Positions 55,539-63,721 of a DNA stretch of 64,000 nt are shown piece by piece. Position numbers and translations under genes: made by a program. Location of the stretch: contig CAVYEA010000012.1 in assembly GCA_963767385.1 (NCBI GenBank), positions 7,450-71,449 on the forward strand, written 5' to 3'. How positions within the stretch are numbered: position 1 is the first letter of the stretch; each line of letters starts with the position of its first letter. Source of the DNA: an uncultured Actinomycetes bacterium (GTDB lineage: Bacteria > Actinomycetota > Actinomycetes > Streptosporangiales > Streptosporangiaceae). The notes below the pieces were generated by a model. The model was not told the origin of the DNA. It was given only the letters and a program-made list of their open reading frames with translations, and made no database searches.

Positions 55539-56586
55539 CCGAGACCCCCGCGCGCAAGCCCCGGCCGCGCCGCACGTTCAGCGCGTTCGGCGACGTGCGC
55601 AAGATGCCCAGCGAGTACGAGATCGTCACGCACAAGCAGAACTGGACGCTGCGCCAGAACCGGGCCGCGGCGTTCGAGCAGAACCCGTCCTCCGCGCCGA
55701 ACCTGTGGTTCCTGACCTACCGGGACAATTCGCCGCTGCAGGCCAAGGACTGGGATGGCTTCCGCGACCCCGACGCGCTGACCTACCGGGCCTACGTCGG
55801 GCTGCAGGCCGACGCCGAGGCCAAGGTGCACGGCGTGCTGGAAGCGCATGCCGGGGCCGGCTCGGACGCCGCGCTGGCCGAGGGATCGGTGGCCCTGCTG
55901 GGCCACCTGCTCACCCCGTCGCGCTACCTGTGCCACGGCTTCCAGCAGGTTGAGGCGTACGTCGGCTACATGGCGCCCAGTTCCTACATAACGAACGCTG
56001 CGGGGTTCGCGGCCGCTGATTTCCTGCGCCGGGTCACCACGATCGCGTACCGCACCAGGGAGCTGCAGCTGGCCCGGCCCGAATCTGGCATCGGCTCCGC
56101 GGAGCGCTCACTGTGGGAGGGGCACGCCAGCTGGCAGCCCGCGCGCAAGGCCGTGGAGTACGCGCTGGTCAGCTACGACTGGGGGAAGCCTTCACCGCGC
56201 TGAACCTGGTGCTCGGCCCGACGCTGGACGATGTCCTGCTCACCCAGCTGGGCCAGGTGGCCAAGGCGAACGGGGACGACCTCACCTGGCTGCTCGGCTC
56301 CTTCCTGGCCGCCGACTCACAGCGGCGCGGCCGGTGGGGCCGCGGGCTGGCCGAGTATGCCGTGGCCCAGCGGGCGGAAAACCGTGCCGTGCTGGCCAAG
56401 TGGGCCGGGCGCTGGGCTGCGCTGGCCGATGACGCGGCGTACGGGCTCGGCCAGTTCCTGGAAACGCTGCCCGGCAGCGGAGTGCCGGCTGACCAGGTCG
56501 CGGCGCACGCCCGGGCCGCCCGCGAGGAATTCCTCGCGCCGGTGCTGGAGCCTGCCGGAGACGCCGCGACGGCGGAACCGGGCTGA
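55535..56586 (+). pseudogene. monooxygenase hydroxylase beta subunit (TmoE-like), one frameshift in a G5 run (56181-56185)
   Basis: ORF 55535..56203 stops after ..VSYDWGKPSPR*; ORF 56113..56586 continues ..GEAFTALNLVLGPTLDDVLLTQLG..; one more G restores YDWGEAFTAL. Confidence 0.85.
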
Positions 56587-56588
56587 GC

Positions 56589-56966
56589 GTGGAGGGAGCC
56601 AGGATCGCCGCCTCCCAGGCCGCGCAGCATGACCCGGCACCAGCGGCGGCGGGGCGCTGGCGGGACACGGGGGTCACCCTGGATGACCTCTGGGAGGGTG
56701 ACATGACCTCGGTGACGATCGAGGGTGACGACGTGCTGCTGATCAATGTGGCGGGCCAGGTCCGCGCGTACACCAACCTGTGCCCGCACCAGGATGGCCC
56801 GCTCGCTGACGGTGACTTCGACGGGCAGACGCTGACCTGCCTGCGCCACCTGTGGGAGTTCGACGCCGGCACCGGCTGCGGCATCAACCCGGCCAACGCG
56901 CAGCTCAAGGCATTCGGCTGCAAGGTCAACGACGACGGTGCGATCTGGGTGGACATCGGGCGATGA
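56589..56966 (+). CDS. Rieske-type [2Fe-2S] ferredoxin (TmoC-like)
   Basis: 125 aa, GTG start; CPHQDGPL ... CLRHLWEF (CxH / CxxH). Confidence 0.9.
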   Translation: MEGARIAASQAAQHDPAPAAAGRWRDTGVTLDDLWEGDMTSVTIEGDDVLLINVAGQVRAYTNLCPHQDGPLADGDFDGQTLTCLRHLWEFDAGTGCGINPANAQLKAFGCKVNDDGAIWVDIGR

Positions 56967-58198
56967 GCGTGCGGCGGATAGTCGTCGCCGGGGGTGGCGT
57001 GGGCGCCGCGGCCGCCGCGGCCGGGCTGCGCCGGGCCGGTTTCGACGGCGCTATCACGATGGCCTGCGCGGAACGCGCGATGCCCTACGAGCGGCCGCCC
57101 CTGTCCAAGGAATTCCTGCTGACCGGCGAGGCCGGGGACGGCGGCGCCGTGCCGGATCCGGCCTGGTACGCCGACCACGCGGTCGAGCTGCTGCTCGGCG
57201 TCCGGGTCACCCGGCTGGACCCGGCCAGCCAGACGGTCACCCTGTCCGACGGCGGAACGGCCCGCTACGACCGGCTGCTCCTGGCGACCGGGGTCCGGCC
57301 GCGCATCCTGCCCGGCATCGCCGGGGATGGCGTCTGCTACCTGCGGACCCGCGATGAGGCCAGCGAACTGCGTGAGCGGATTCTCGCCGCCGGGCACGTG
57401 GCTGTGCTCGGCGGCGGTTTCATCGGCTGCGAGGTCGCGGCCGCGGCCATCCGCCTGGGCAAGCGGGTCACCATCCTCGAAGCGCTGCCCACCCTGCTGC
57501 ACCGTGCCCTGGACCCCGCCCTCGGCGGGCTGATCGCAGACATCCACCGGGGGGAGGGCGTCAACGTGCGCACCGGCCAGCAGGTCACCGGGGTGCGCTG
57601 CCATCCCCGCGGGGTGACGGTGCGCACCGGCGACGGCACCGTCGAGTGCGACGTACTCGTCGTCGGCGCCGGCACGGTGCCGAACGCCGAGCTCGCCCTG
57701 GACGCTGGCCTGCCGGCCCGCAACGGGATCGAGGCCGACGAGCACTGCGCCACGGCCGCGCCGGGCGTGTATGCCGTCGGCGACGTCATCAACCAGTACC
57801 TGCCCTCCCATGGCGGCCGGGTCCGCGTCGAGCACCACGACACCGCGATCCGGCAGGGCGCCGCCGCCGCCCGCAACATGCTCGGCGCGGACCAGGCCTT
57901 CACCGACGTGCACTGGTTCTGGTCCGACCAGTACGAGCACAGCCTGCAGAGCGCGGGCATCCCCGGCGGCCCCGGGCCGCTGGTCATCCGGGGCTCCCTG
58001 GCCGGGCGCAGCTTCTCCGCCTTCCGCCTCGACGGCGGCCGCATCCGGTCGGTGATCTCACTGAACCGGCCCCGGGACGTGCTGGACACGCGCCGCCTGC
58101 TAGCCCGGGAGCACAGCGTCACCGCCGCACAGCTGCGCGATGAGTCGTTCCCGCTCAAGCGCCTCACCCAGCCCGCCCGGGCAGGCACCGCACAGTAA
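56963..58198 (+). CDS. FAD-dependent ferredoxin--NAD(P)+ reductase (pyridine-nucleotide-disulfide oxidoreductase fold, BphA4/putidaredoxin-reductase type)
   Basis: 411 aa; IVVAGGGVGAAAAA and VAVLGGGFIGCEVAAA dinucleotide folds, AVGDV; ATGA overlap with the ferredoxin stop. Confidence 0.9.
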   Translation: MSVRRIVVAGGGVGAAAAAAGLRRAGFDGAITMACAERAMPYERPPLSKEFLLTGEAGDGGAVPDPAWYADHAVELLLGVRVTRLDPASQTVTLSDGGTARYDRLLLATGVRPRILPGIAGDGVCYLRTRDEASELRERILAAGHVAVLGGGFIGCEVAAAAIRLGKRVTILEALPTLLHRALDPALGGLIADIHRGEGVNVRTGQQVTGVRCHPRGVTVRTGDGTVECDVLVVGAGTVPNAELALDAGLPARNGIEADEHCATAAPGVYAVGDVINQYLPSHGGRVRVEHHDTAIRQGAAAARNMLGADQAFTDVHWFWSDQYEHSLQSAGIPGGPGPLVIRGSLAGRSFSAFRLDGGRIRSVISLNRPRDVLDTRRLLAREHSVTAAQLRDESFPLKRLTQPARAGTAQ

Positions 58199-58208
58199 AG
58201 GACACCAG

Positions 58209-58808
58209 ATGGTCGCGACGACTGCCGCCGAGCTGAGGATCGATGAGCCGCAGGTACGGCTGGCCGACACCGATGGCCGTGCGGCATTGCAGGTCGTCCT
58301 GGGCCAGGATGCGGTGCGCGCCCGGGCCCGGCTGCGGTTCGGCCCGGGGCGCACCTGCGAGCCGCTGGCCCGGCTTCTCGACCAGGTCATCGTGCAGGCG
58401 GAGAACGCGGGCCTGCGCCCCGAGCGGCTGATCCTGGCGTCCGGCAGCATCCAGGCCGCGGAGGACATCGTCCGGGTCCGGCGCAAGGCACACGGCAAGG
58501 CGGACTGGATCGCCAGCCCCACGTCCCGGGTGCTGATCACCCTGCAGCCGGCTGGGCTGTATGCCGCCGCGCAGACCAGCCCGGCAGCTCCCGCCGCAGC
58601 GGGCGGCGACGGCCCCGCCCCGCCGCGCGGCACCGAAGCCCTCGCACCGGAGCCGGCCGCGCGCCGCGACGCCGCGCCACCTGACACCGCGCCACCTGAC
58701 ACCGCGCCACCTGACGCTGGGCCAGGCGGATGCCGGGCCAGTGGGTGCCGCAGCCGCCGCCGTCCGCGCGGCGCTGCTCGAAGTGATCGACCCCGATCTG
58801 GGCGTTAA
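58209..58808 (+). CDS. hypothetical protein: ~125-aa unknown domain plus Pro/Ala-rich repeat tail (3' end doubtful)
   Basis: ATG 58209, 10 nt after the reductase stop, AAGGA upstream; tail after the APPDT repeats turns Arg-rich (looks out of frame) and overlaps the DUF59 frame. Confidence 0.45.
   Translation: MVATTAAELRIDEPQVRLADTDGRAALQVVLGQDAVRARARLRFGPGRTCEPLARLLDQVIVQAENAGLRPERLILASGSIQAAEDIVRVRRKAHGKADWIASPTSRVLITLQPAGLYAAAQTSPAAPAAAGGDGPAPPRGTEALAPEPAARRDAAPPDTAPPDTAPPDAGPGGCRASGCRSRRRPRGAARSDRPRSGR
58673..58717 (+). repeat. 15-bp tandem repeat x3 (CGCGCCACCTGACAC; third copy has 1 mismatch) encoding (A)PPDT repeats
   Basis: Read directly. Confidence 0.9.
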
Positions 58809-59055
58809 TATCGTGGATCTCGGTTTTGTCCGCCGGGTTGACGTGCAGGGTCGCGCCGCCGTTATCACGATGACCCTCACCTCGGCGGCCTGCCCGCTCA
58901 CCAGCATCATGGAAGACCAGATCCGGACCGGGCTGGCGGAGCTGCCCGGGATCGACGGCTTCCGGGTGGACTGGGAATGGCTGCCGCCCTGGCGGCCGGC
59001 TGACATCAGCGGCAGCGGCCGCGAGCAGCTGCGCGCGATCGGATTCAGCTTCTAG
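58741..59055 (+). CDS. DUF59 / MIP18-family (PaaD/SufT-like) metal-cluster assembly domain protein
   Basis: From in-frame GTG 58741: ..VRAALLEVIDPDLGVNIVDLGFV..VITMTLTSAACPLTSIMEDQI..; could instead be the C-terminal domain of the 58209 gene. Confidence 0.75.
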   Translation: MGAAAAAVRAALLEVIDPDLGVNIVDLGFVRRVDVQGRAAVITMTLTSAACPLTSIMEDQIRTGLAELPGIDGFRVDWEWLPPWRPADISGSGREQLRAIGFSF

Positions 59056-59185
59056 CAGCGCGATCGGGATCAGCGCCAGGCCGACGGGGAGGCTGATGCA
59101 AAGATCCAGTGCCATCTGGTCGCCGGCACCACGGCGCCCCCGGCGAACGGCCTGCTAGCTGATCATCTGATGGCACAATCAGCCC

Positions 59186-59476
59186 ATGACGAAGCAGCCC
59201 TCCGGGCAGGCACAGGCGGTAGCGGGAGTAGTCAAGTGGTTCGACGTTGACGAAGGCTGGGGCGTGATCGACGCCGCGGAGGTGCCAGGCGGCTGTTTCG
59301 TCCACTTCGCCAACATCGAAATGGCTGGCTTCCGGCAGCTTCAGGAGGCTCAGCGCGTGCGTTTCACTTTTGAGCGGCCGGGCTTCCTGCAGGACGGCTG
59401 CCCGTACCGTGCCCTGGAAGTCTGGCCGGAGGACTCCACGGGCAGGCCACCGGCAGGTCCCACGGACTTGGCCTGA
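59186..59476 (+). CDS. cold-shock-domain protein (atypical, extended)
   Basis: 96 aa; GVVKWFDVDEGWGVIDAAEVPGGCFVHFANIEMAGFRQLQEAQRVRF. Confidence 0.75.
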   Translation: MTKQPSGQAQAVAGVVKWFDVDEGWGVIDAAEVPGGCFVHFANIEMAGFRQLQEAQRVRFTFERPGFLQDGCPYRALEVWPEDSTGRPPAGPTDLA

Positions 59477-59507
59477 GGGCGATCATGGACCTGTGCCAGC
59501 GGCGGCG

Positions 59508-59933
59508 ATGTGGGAGTGTCCCAGGTGCGGGCGGACCTTTGCGAACCGGAACCAGACTCATACCTGCGCTCCGCTCGGCGATCTGGACCGGCACTTCGCT
59601 CATGCGGATCCGGTGGTACGGGCCGTCTTTGACTGCGTTCTCGCGGCGGTGGCGTCGTCCGGCCCGGTTGACGTGCTGTGCGAGAAGACCCGCATTGCCC
59701 TGCATGTCCGGATGAGCTTCGCGGCCTTCATGCCGCGCCGCCACTGGCCCAACGGGCACCTTGTCCTTGCCCGGCGCATCGACAGTCCCCGTTTCCTCCG
59801 GGTCCAGGCCCTGTCGGAACGGAACGTGGTGCACGCCTTCCGGCTCACCTCGCCCGCCGACGTAGACCCGGAGTTCGTGGCATGGCTAGCCGACGCCTAC
59901 CGCGTAGGCACCCAAGAGCACCTCCGGCGCTAG
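59508..59933 (+). CDS. DUF5655-like protein
   Basis: ORF 59370.., ATG 59508; MWECPRCGRTFANRNQTHTC..KTRIALHVRMSFAAFMPRR. Confidence 0.6.
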   Translation: MWECPRCGRTFANRNQTHTCAPLGDLDRHFAHADPVVRAVFDCVLAAVASSGPVDVLCEKTRIALHVRMSFAAFMPRRHWPNGHLVLARRIDSPRFLRVQALSERNVVHAFRLTSPADVDPEFVAWLADAYRVGTQEHLRR

Positions 59934-60140
59934 AAGGCCACCAGGAACGGGCCCTCAGCGGAGCGTGATGACGTTGGCTGTGTTCAGGGCGGCGGCCTTG
60001 GCGGCGCCGTAGGAGACCTCCTCGGGGAAGCCCATCTCCCCGCCGGAGGTGAGCCCGATGATCCGGCCCCAGCCCGCCTCACGGCGATATGCCGCCGCGC
60101 GAACTCTGCGATCAGCAGGGGCGGCTTACACTCGGTTCCC

Positions 60141-60539
60141 GTGATGACCGGCGACGGCGGGGAGCCTGGCCCGCAAGTATTTAACATCCTGCGCGGGGAG
60201 GCCAGCCAGGTCCGGTCCACGCCTTTCGGGGACGTCGGGATCGTGTTCTCCGGGCCGGGCCTGGAAATGGTCTGGGTGAGCAAGCTGGCCGAGCCCATCG
60301 ATGAGAGCTGGTTCTCCTCCGCGGAAGTTGACCTCATCCTTGTCGTTCAGGGGCAGCTGAAATTCGAGTTCGAGTCGTCTGGACAGCCGGACCGTGTGCT
60401 GAGTGTGGGAGAGGTGCTTGTCCTGCCCGCTGGTGTGCGCTGCCGTGCCTACCGGTGGCCACGCGACTCACGCGAGGCGGCCATCTTCGTCGCCGCTTAC
60501 CCTGCGGGCGGGAGTCGGCCGGCCACTGGGCACGGGTAG
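60141..60539 (+). CDS. cupin-domain protein
   Basis: 132 aa; ..DLILVVQGQLKFEFE..VLVLPAGVRCRAY beta-barrel pattern. Confidence 0.65.
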   Translation: MMTGDGGEPGPQVFNILRGEASQVRSTPFGDVGIVFSGPGLEMVWVSKLAEPIDESWFSSAEVDLILVVQGQLKFEFESSGQPDRVLSVGEVLVLPAGVRCRAYRWPRDSREAAIFVAAYPAGGSRPATGHG

Positions 60540-60678
60540 CACGAGGCGGCGGCAGACCCGAGGCCGGTATCTGCTTCCCGGTCGCCGTCCGTCAAGGGGG
60601 ATCCAGACTGGGCCTGACACATCCAGGCGATGCCTCACTCTTGACGTATCCGCCCGGATGGATTGACGCACCGCCTGG

Positions 60679-61314
60679 TCATCGCCGGACGCCGCGGTGA
60701 CGTAGTCCGTTCATGAGGAGGGCGAGCAGGCGGCCGGCTTGAGCTGAGCTGTCCGGCGTGCCCTGCGCGGCCCAGGCGATAGCGCCGACCATCCTCAGCA
60801 CATCCGCGTCGTCCGCATCGGCGACGACCGCGCCTGATTGCCGCGCCCGCGCCAGCAGCGCAGCCCCCACCTCGAACAGTTCCGCATGCCAGGTCGATAC
60901 CAGGCCATTCTCGCGGTCGAGCGCCGAGTTCATCACCGCGGCCGACAGACCTCGATAGGTCAGGGCATGCGTGAGCGCAGCACGCAGCCAGGTGGACAAA
61001 GCGTCGAATTCGTCCTCGGCCGTCAGCAGCCCGCGGCCAAGGCCGACCAACTCGCTTATCTGCCCGGCGAGCACTGCCTCTATGAGATCCAGCCGAGTGG
61101 GGAAATGCCGGTACAGCGTCCCGCTGGCCACCCCTGCCCGCCGGGCGATCTCGTCCAAGGAGGCGTCCACGCCGAACTCGGCGAACGCCATGCGCGCCTG
61201 CTCGACCAGCCGCCCGTAGTTGCGTCGGGCGTCTGCACGCCTCGGGCGCCCGGCTGGCGACCGCGCACCGTGACCTGCCAGGACAATCACCACACCCTTG
61301 CTAACCGGGGACAC
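60679..61314 (-). CDS. TetR-family transcriptional regulator
   Basis: ..RLVEQARMAFAEFGVDASLDEIARRAGVASGTLYRHFPTRLDLIEAV; start uncertain. Confidence 0.85.
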   Translation of the reverse strand: MSPVSKGVVIVLAGHGARSPAGRPRRADARRNYGRLVEQARMAFAEFGVDASLDEIARRAGVASGTLYRHFPTRLDLIEAVLAGQISELVGLGRGLLTAEDEFDALSTWLRAALTHALTYRGLSAAVMNSALDRENGLVSTWHAELFEVGAALLARARQSGAVVADADDADVLRMVGAIAWAAQGTPDSSAQAGRLLALLMNGLRHRGVRR

Positions 61315-61347
61315 AGTCCGCTACCGTGTCCACCTAACCGGACTGTG
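61312..61347. promoter_or_regulatory. inverted repeat CACAGTCCG-N18-CGGACTGTG; TetR operator candidate
   Basis: Read directly; lies between the divergent TetR and NTF2 genes and overlaps the annotated TetR start. Confidence 0.35.
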
Positions 61348-61394
61348 CCTCACTTTACTGGCATGACTCACCCAGGGCATGGAGGGCCGCCCCA

Positions 61395-62204
61395 ATGGCG
61401 CTGTCGGAACAAGACCGGATCGACATCAACGACCTGATCAATCTCCACGGCCACCTCACGGACGCCGGCGAGCTGGACCAAGCGGGTGAGCTATTCACCC
61501 CAGATGCCATCTATGACCTGGACGACTTCGGCCTCGGCTCGTTGCACGGGACCGCGGTCATGCGTGAGGCCGCGCTCGCATTGGGCGAAGCCAACCCGGT
61601 CGGTCATCACGTCACCAACATCGTGATCACTCGGATCGACGATCGCTCGGCGCGGGTCCAATCCAAGGGAATCGGCATCAAGGCCGACGGAACGGCCGGC
61701 AGCGTCGCCTACGACGACATCGTCACGCGCCAACCCGGCGGCTGGAAGATCAGCTACCGCAAGGTGACGGCCAGGCGAGCGGCACTCGGCGGGCAAGAAG
61801 GTGGTCCGCGTGAGGTTCTGGAGCGTCTTCGCCAAGCCGCCATCAGCCAGTCCGCTGATGACATGAGCCGTGTGTACGCAGTCAACGCGGTCCATGAGTT
61901 CCCGTTCACGCGCCCGGGCGTGCCGTCCCGGCTTGACGGCCGGGACGAAATCGTGAACTGGATAGCCGCCGGGTGGAAGGCCTGCCCGCTGAGGTATGAG
62001 CGTTACCGCACTCTTGCCATCTACGACACCAACGATCCGGAAACGATCATCGTCGAGCAGGAAGCCCTCGGGACCAGCGCATCCACCGGCGAGTTCGCGC
62101 TTCCCAACATCGTTGTGCTCACCGTGCGCAACGGGCAGATCGCCCGCCTGCGCGACTACGCCAACATCCTGGCCGCCGCAGCCGCCATGGGACGCGATAT
62201 GTAA
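61395..62204 (+). CDS. tandem NTF2/SnoaL-like domain protein
   Basis: 269 aa; two halves each with SnoaL-like pattern (..DINDLINLHGHLTDAGELD.. and ..RLRQAAISQSADDMSRVYA..). Confidence 0.7.
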   Translation: MALSEQDRIDINDLINLHGHLTDAGELDQAGELFTPDAIYDLDDFGLGSLHGTAVMREAALALGEANPVGHHVTNIVITRIDDRSARVQSKGIGIKADGTAGSVAYDDIVTRQPGGWKISYRKVTARRAALGGQEGGPREVLERLRQAAISQSADDMSRVYAVNAVHEFPFTRPGVPSRLDGRDEIVNWIAAGWKACPLRYERYRTLAIYDTNDPETIIVEQEALGTSASTGEFALPNIVVLTVRNGQIARLRDYANILAAAAAMGRDM

Positions 62205-62299
62205 ACGCGCCACCGCGCCACCTCACCATCGTCGTGCTATCCACAGCGTCGGGCGGACCTGCTGGATACGGCTCAGCACTGGTCTGGCGGGAGGCCGGT

Positions 62300-63595
62300 T
62301 CACGAATCGGGCCAGAGATCCTCCGGCTCACGCCCGCGGGTCTCGGGGAGCAGCCAGAACGCCGCCATGACCAATGCCGCAGGCGAGAAGGTGACCAGCG
62401 CGGCCACTCCGAACTGGTGGTCGGCTTCGGCCACCGCCCCGAAGGCGACCAGGCCGGACACCGCCCCCAGCACGCCTGCCGCGACCGACCAGCCCGCCAC
62501 TGAGGCCCGGACCGAGGTGGGAAACAGCTCGTTGAGCAATGCCCCGGCCGCCGGGGCGAAGACCGAGGCGGCGAACACGCCGAGGATGTAGCCGGCCAGC
62601 AGCGCCGGGGCGGAACCGGTATAGGTCAGGGTGGCGAACAGGGCCACCGCCACCATGGCCAGTGCGCCGGTCAGGCGGCGGCCTACCCGGTCCGCCAGCC
62701 ACCGTCCGGCCAGGAGCCCGGCCAGCCCGGCGATACCGGCCCCTGCCACCATGCCCGCCGTCACGATGCCCCGCTGGTGGAGGAAGTTCTGCGCGAACAG
62801 GAAGACGAAACTGTTGGCCGGCCCGGTAATGACTGAGACGGCAAAAGCCAGCAGCGCGATCACCGCCAGGCGGCGGCGGAACGGCCGGGCCACGGCATCG
62901 AGCACCGGGACCGGATGCGCGGATCCGGCCGCGGCCACCGTGAACCGGTCAGGCTCCTCGATCCAGCGCCAGAGAAGAGGCAGCAGGGCCAAGGGGACCA
63001 GCGCCACAAGGAACACGCCACGGAACCCGAGACTGCGCGACGCCAGACTGTGCACGATGGCGATGACGCCGGCGCCGGTGCCGTACCCGGCGGCGATGAG
63101 TGCCACTGCCTTGGCCCGGTCAGCCGAGGCGGTCTGCTCCGCTGCGGTGACCTGCGCCAGCCCGTTCGTGGCGCTGAGCAGAGGGCGCCCGCAGGCGAAG
63201 ATGGCCACGAACCACCAGTAGCTGGGGCTGGCCGCGGCCAGCACGGTCATGAACAGCCCCGCCCCGACCGTGACGAGCAGCATCCTCCGGCGGCCGAAGT
63301 CGTCGGCCAGGCCCGTGATGGGAAGCGCGCCCAGCGACGCCAGGCGCATAATGGCCAGCCCGACCCCCAGGTCGGTGCCCGACAACCCCGCCTGGTCGGC
63401 GAAGGTCGCGCCGTGGTTCACCTGGCCGAAGCCCCGGGCCACGTCACCGAGGGCGGCCACGACGCCGAACTGCCCGAACCCCGAGGCGAAGGCGGCGACG
63501 GCCACACCGACCACGGCCCGGTCGTTCCAGCGATGCAGCCGCAGCCCCGCCGGCTGAGGTACGGGGGCCGTGCCCGGATGAGTGCTCACCCTCAC
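62300..63595 (-). CDS. MFS transporter
   Basis: ORF 62300..63898; about 12 hydrophobic helices, GLADDFGRRRML loop motif; start set to GTG 63595, uncertain. Confidence 0.85.
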   Translation of the reverse strand: MRVSTHPGTAPVPQPAGLRLHRWNDRAVVGVAVAAFASGFGQFGVVAALGDVARGFGQVNHGATFADQAGLSGTDLGVGLAIMRLASLGALPITGLADDFGRRRMLLVTVGAGLFMTVLAAASPSYWWFVAIFACGRPLLSATNGLAQVTAAEQTASADRAKAVALIAAGYGTGAGVIAIVHSLASRSLGFRGVFLVALVPLALLPLLWRWIEEPDRFTVAAAGSAHPVPVLDAVARPFRRRLAVIALLAFAVSVITGPANSFVFLFAQNFLHQRGIVTAGMVAGAGIAGLAGLLAGRWLADRVGRRLTGALAMVAVALFATLTYTGSAPALLAGYILGVFAASVFAPAAGALLNELFPTSVRASVAGWSVAAGVLGAVSGLVAFGAVAEADHQFGVAALVTFSPAALVMAAFWLLPETRGREPEDLWPDS

Positions 63596-63721
63596 CTGCC
63601 TTTGCCTATGACGTGTCCCTGCGGCCCCAGGACGGTCCGTCCCAACACCTTCTACCTGAAGCGGGAGCCCGCCCGCGGTCTGGCCAGCTTCGGGGCCGGC
63701 CTGCCAACGCCGGGAACGCTG

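Noticed and set aside
56282-57940. 552-aa minus-strand ORF antisense to the ferredoxin and reductase genes
   Set aside because: It is a shadow ORF with low-complexity composition. The plus-strand genes are translationally coupled and motif-bearing.
59956-60090. Minus-strand fragment reading ..GRIIGLTSGGEMGFPEEVSYGAAKAAALNTANVITLR*
   Set aside because: It resembles the catalytic YxxxK region of an SDR, but only about 40 aa remain. It is too short to annotate confidently and is probably another remnant.
63608-63721. ATG 63608 as the start of the phosphotransferase gene
   Set aside because: It would leave only 12 bp between divergent starts (MFS GTG 63595), which is no room for promoters. The encoded N-terminal extension also lacks family features. 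The start is left unresolved.
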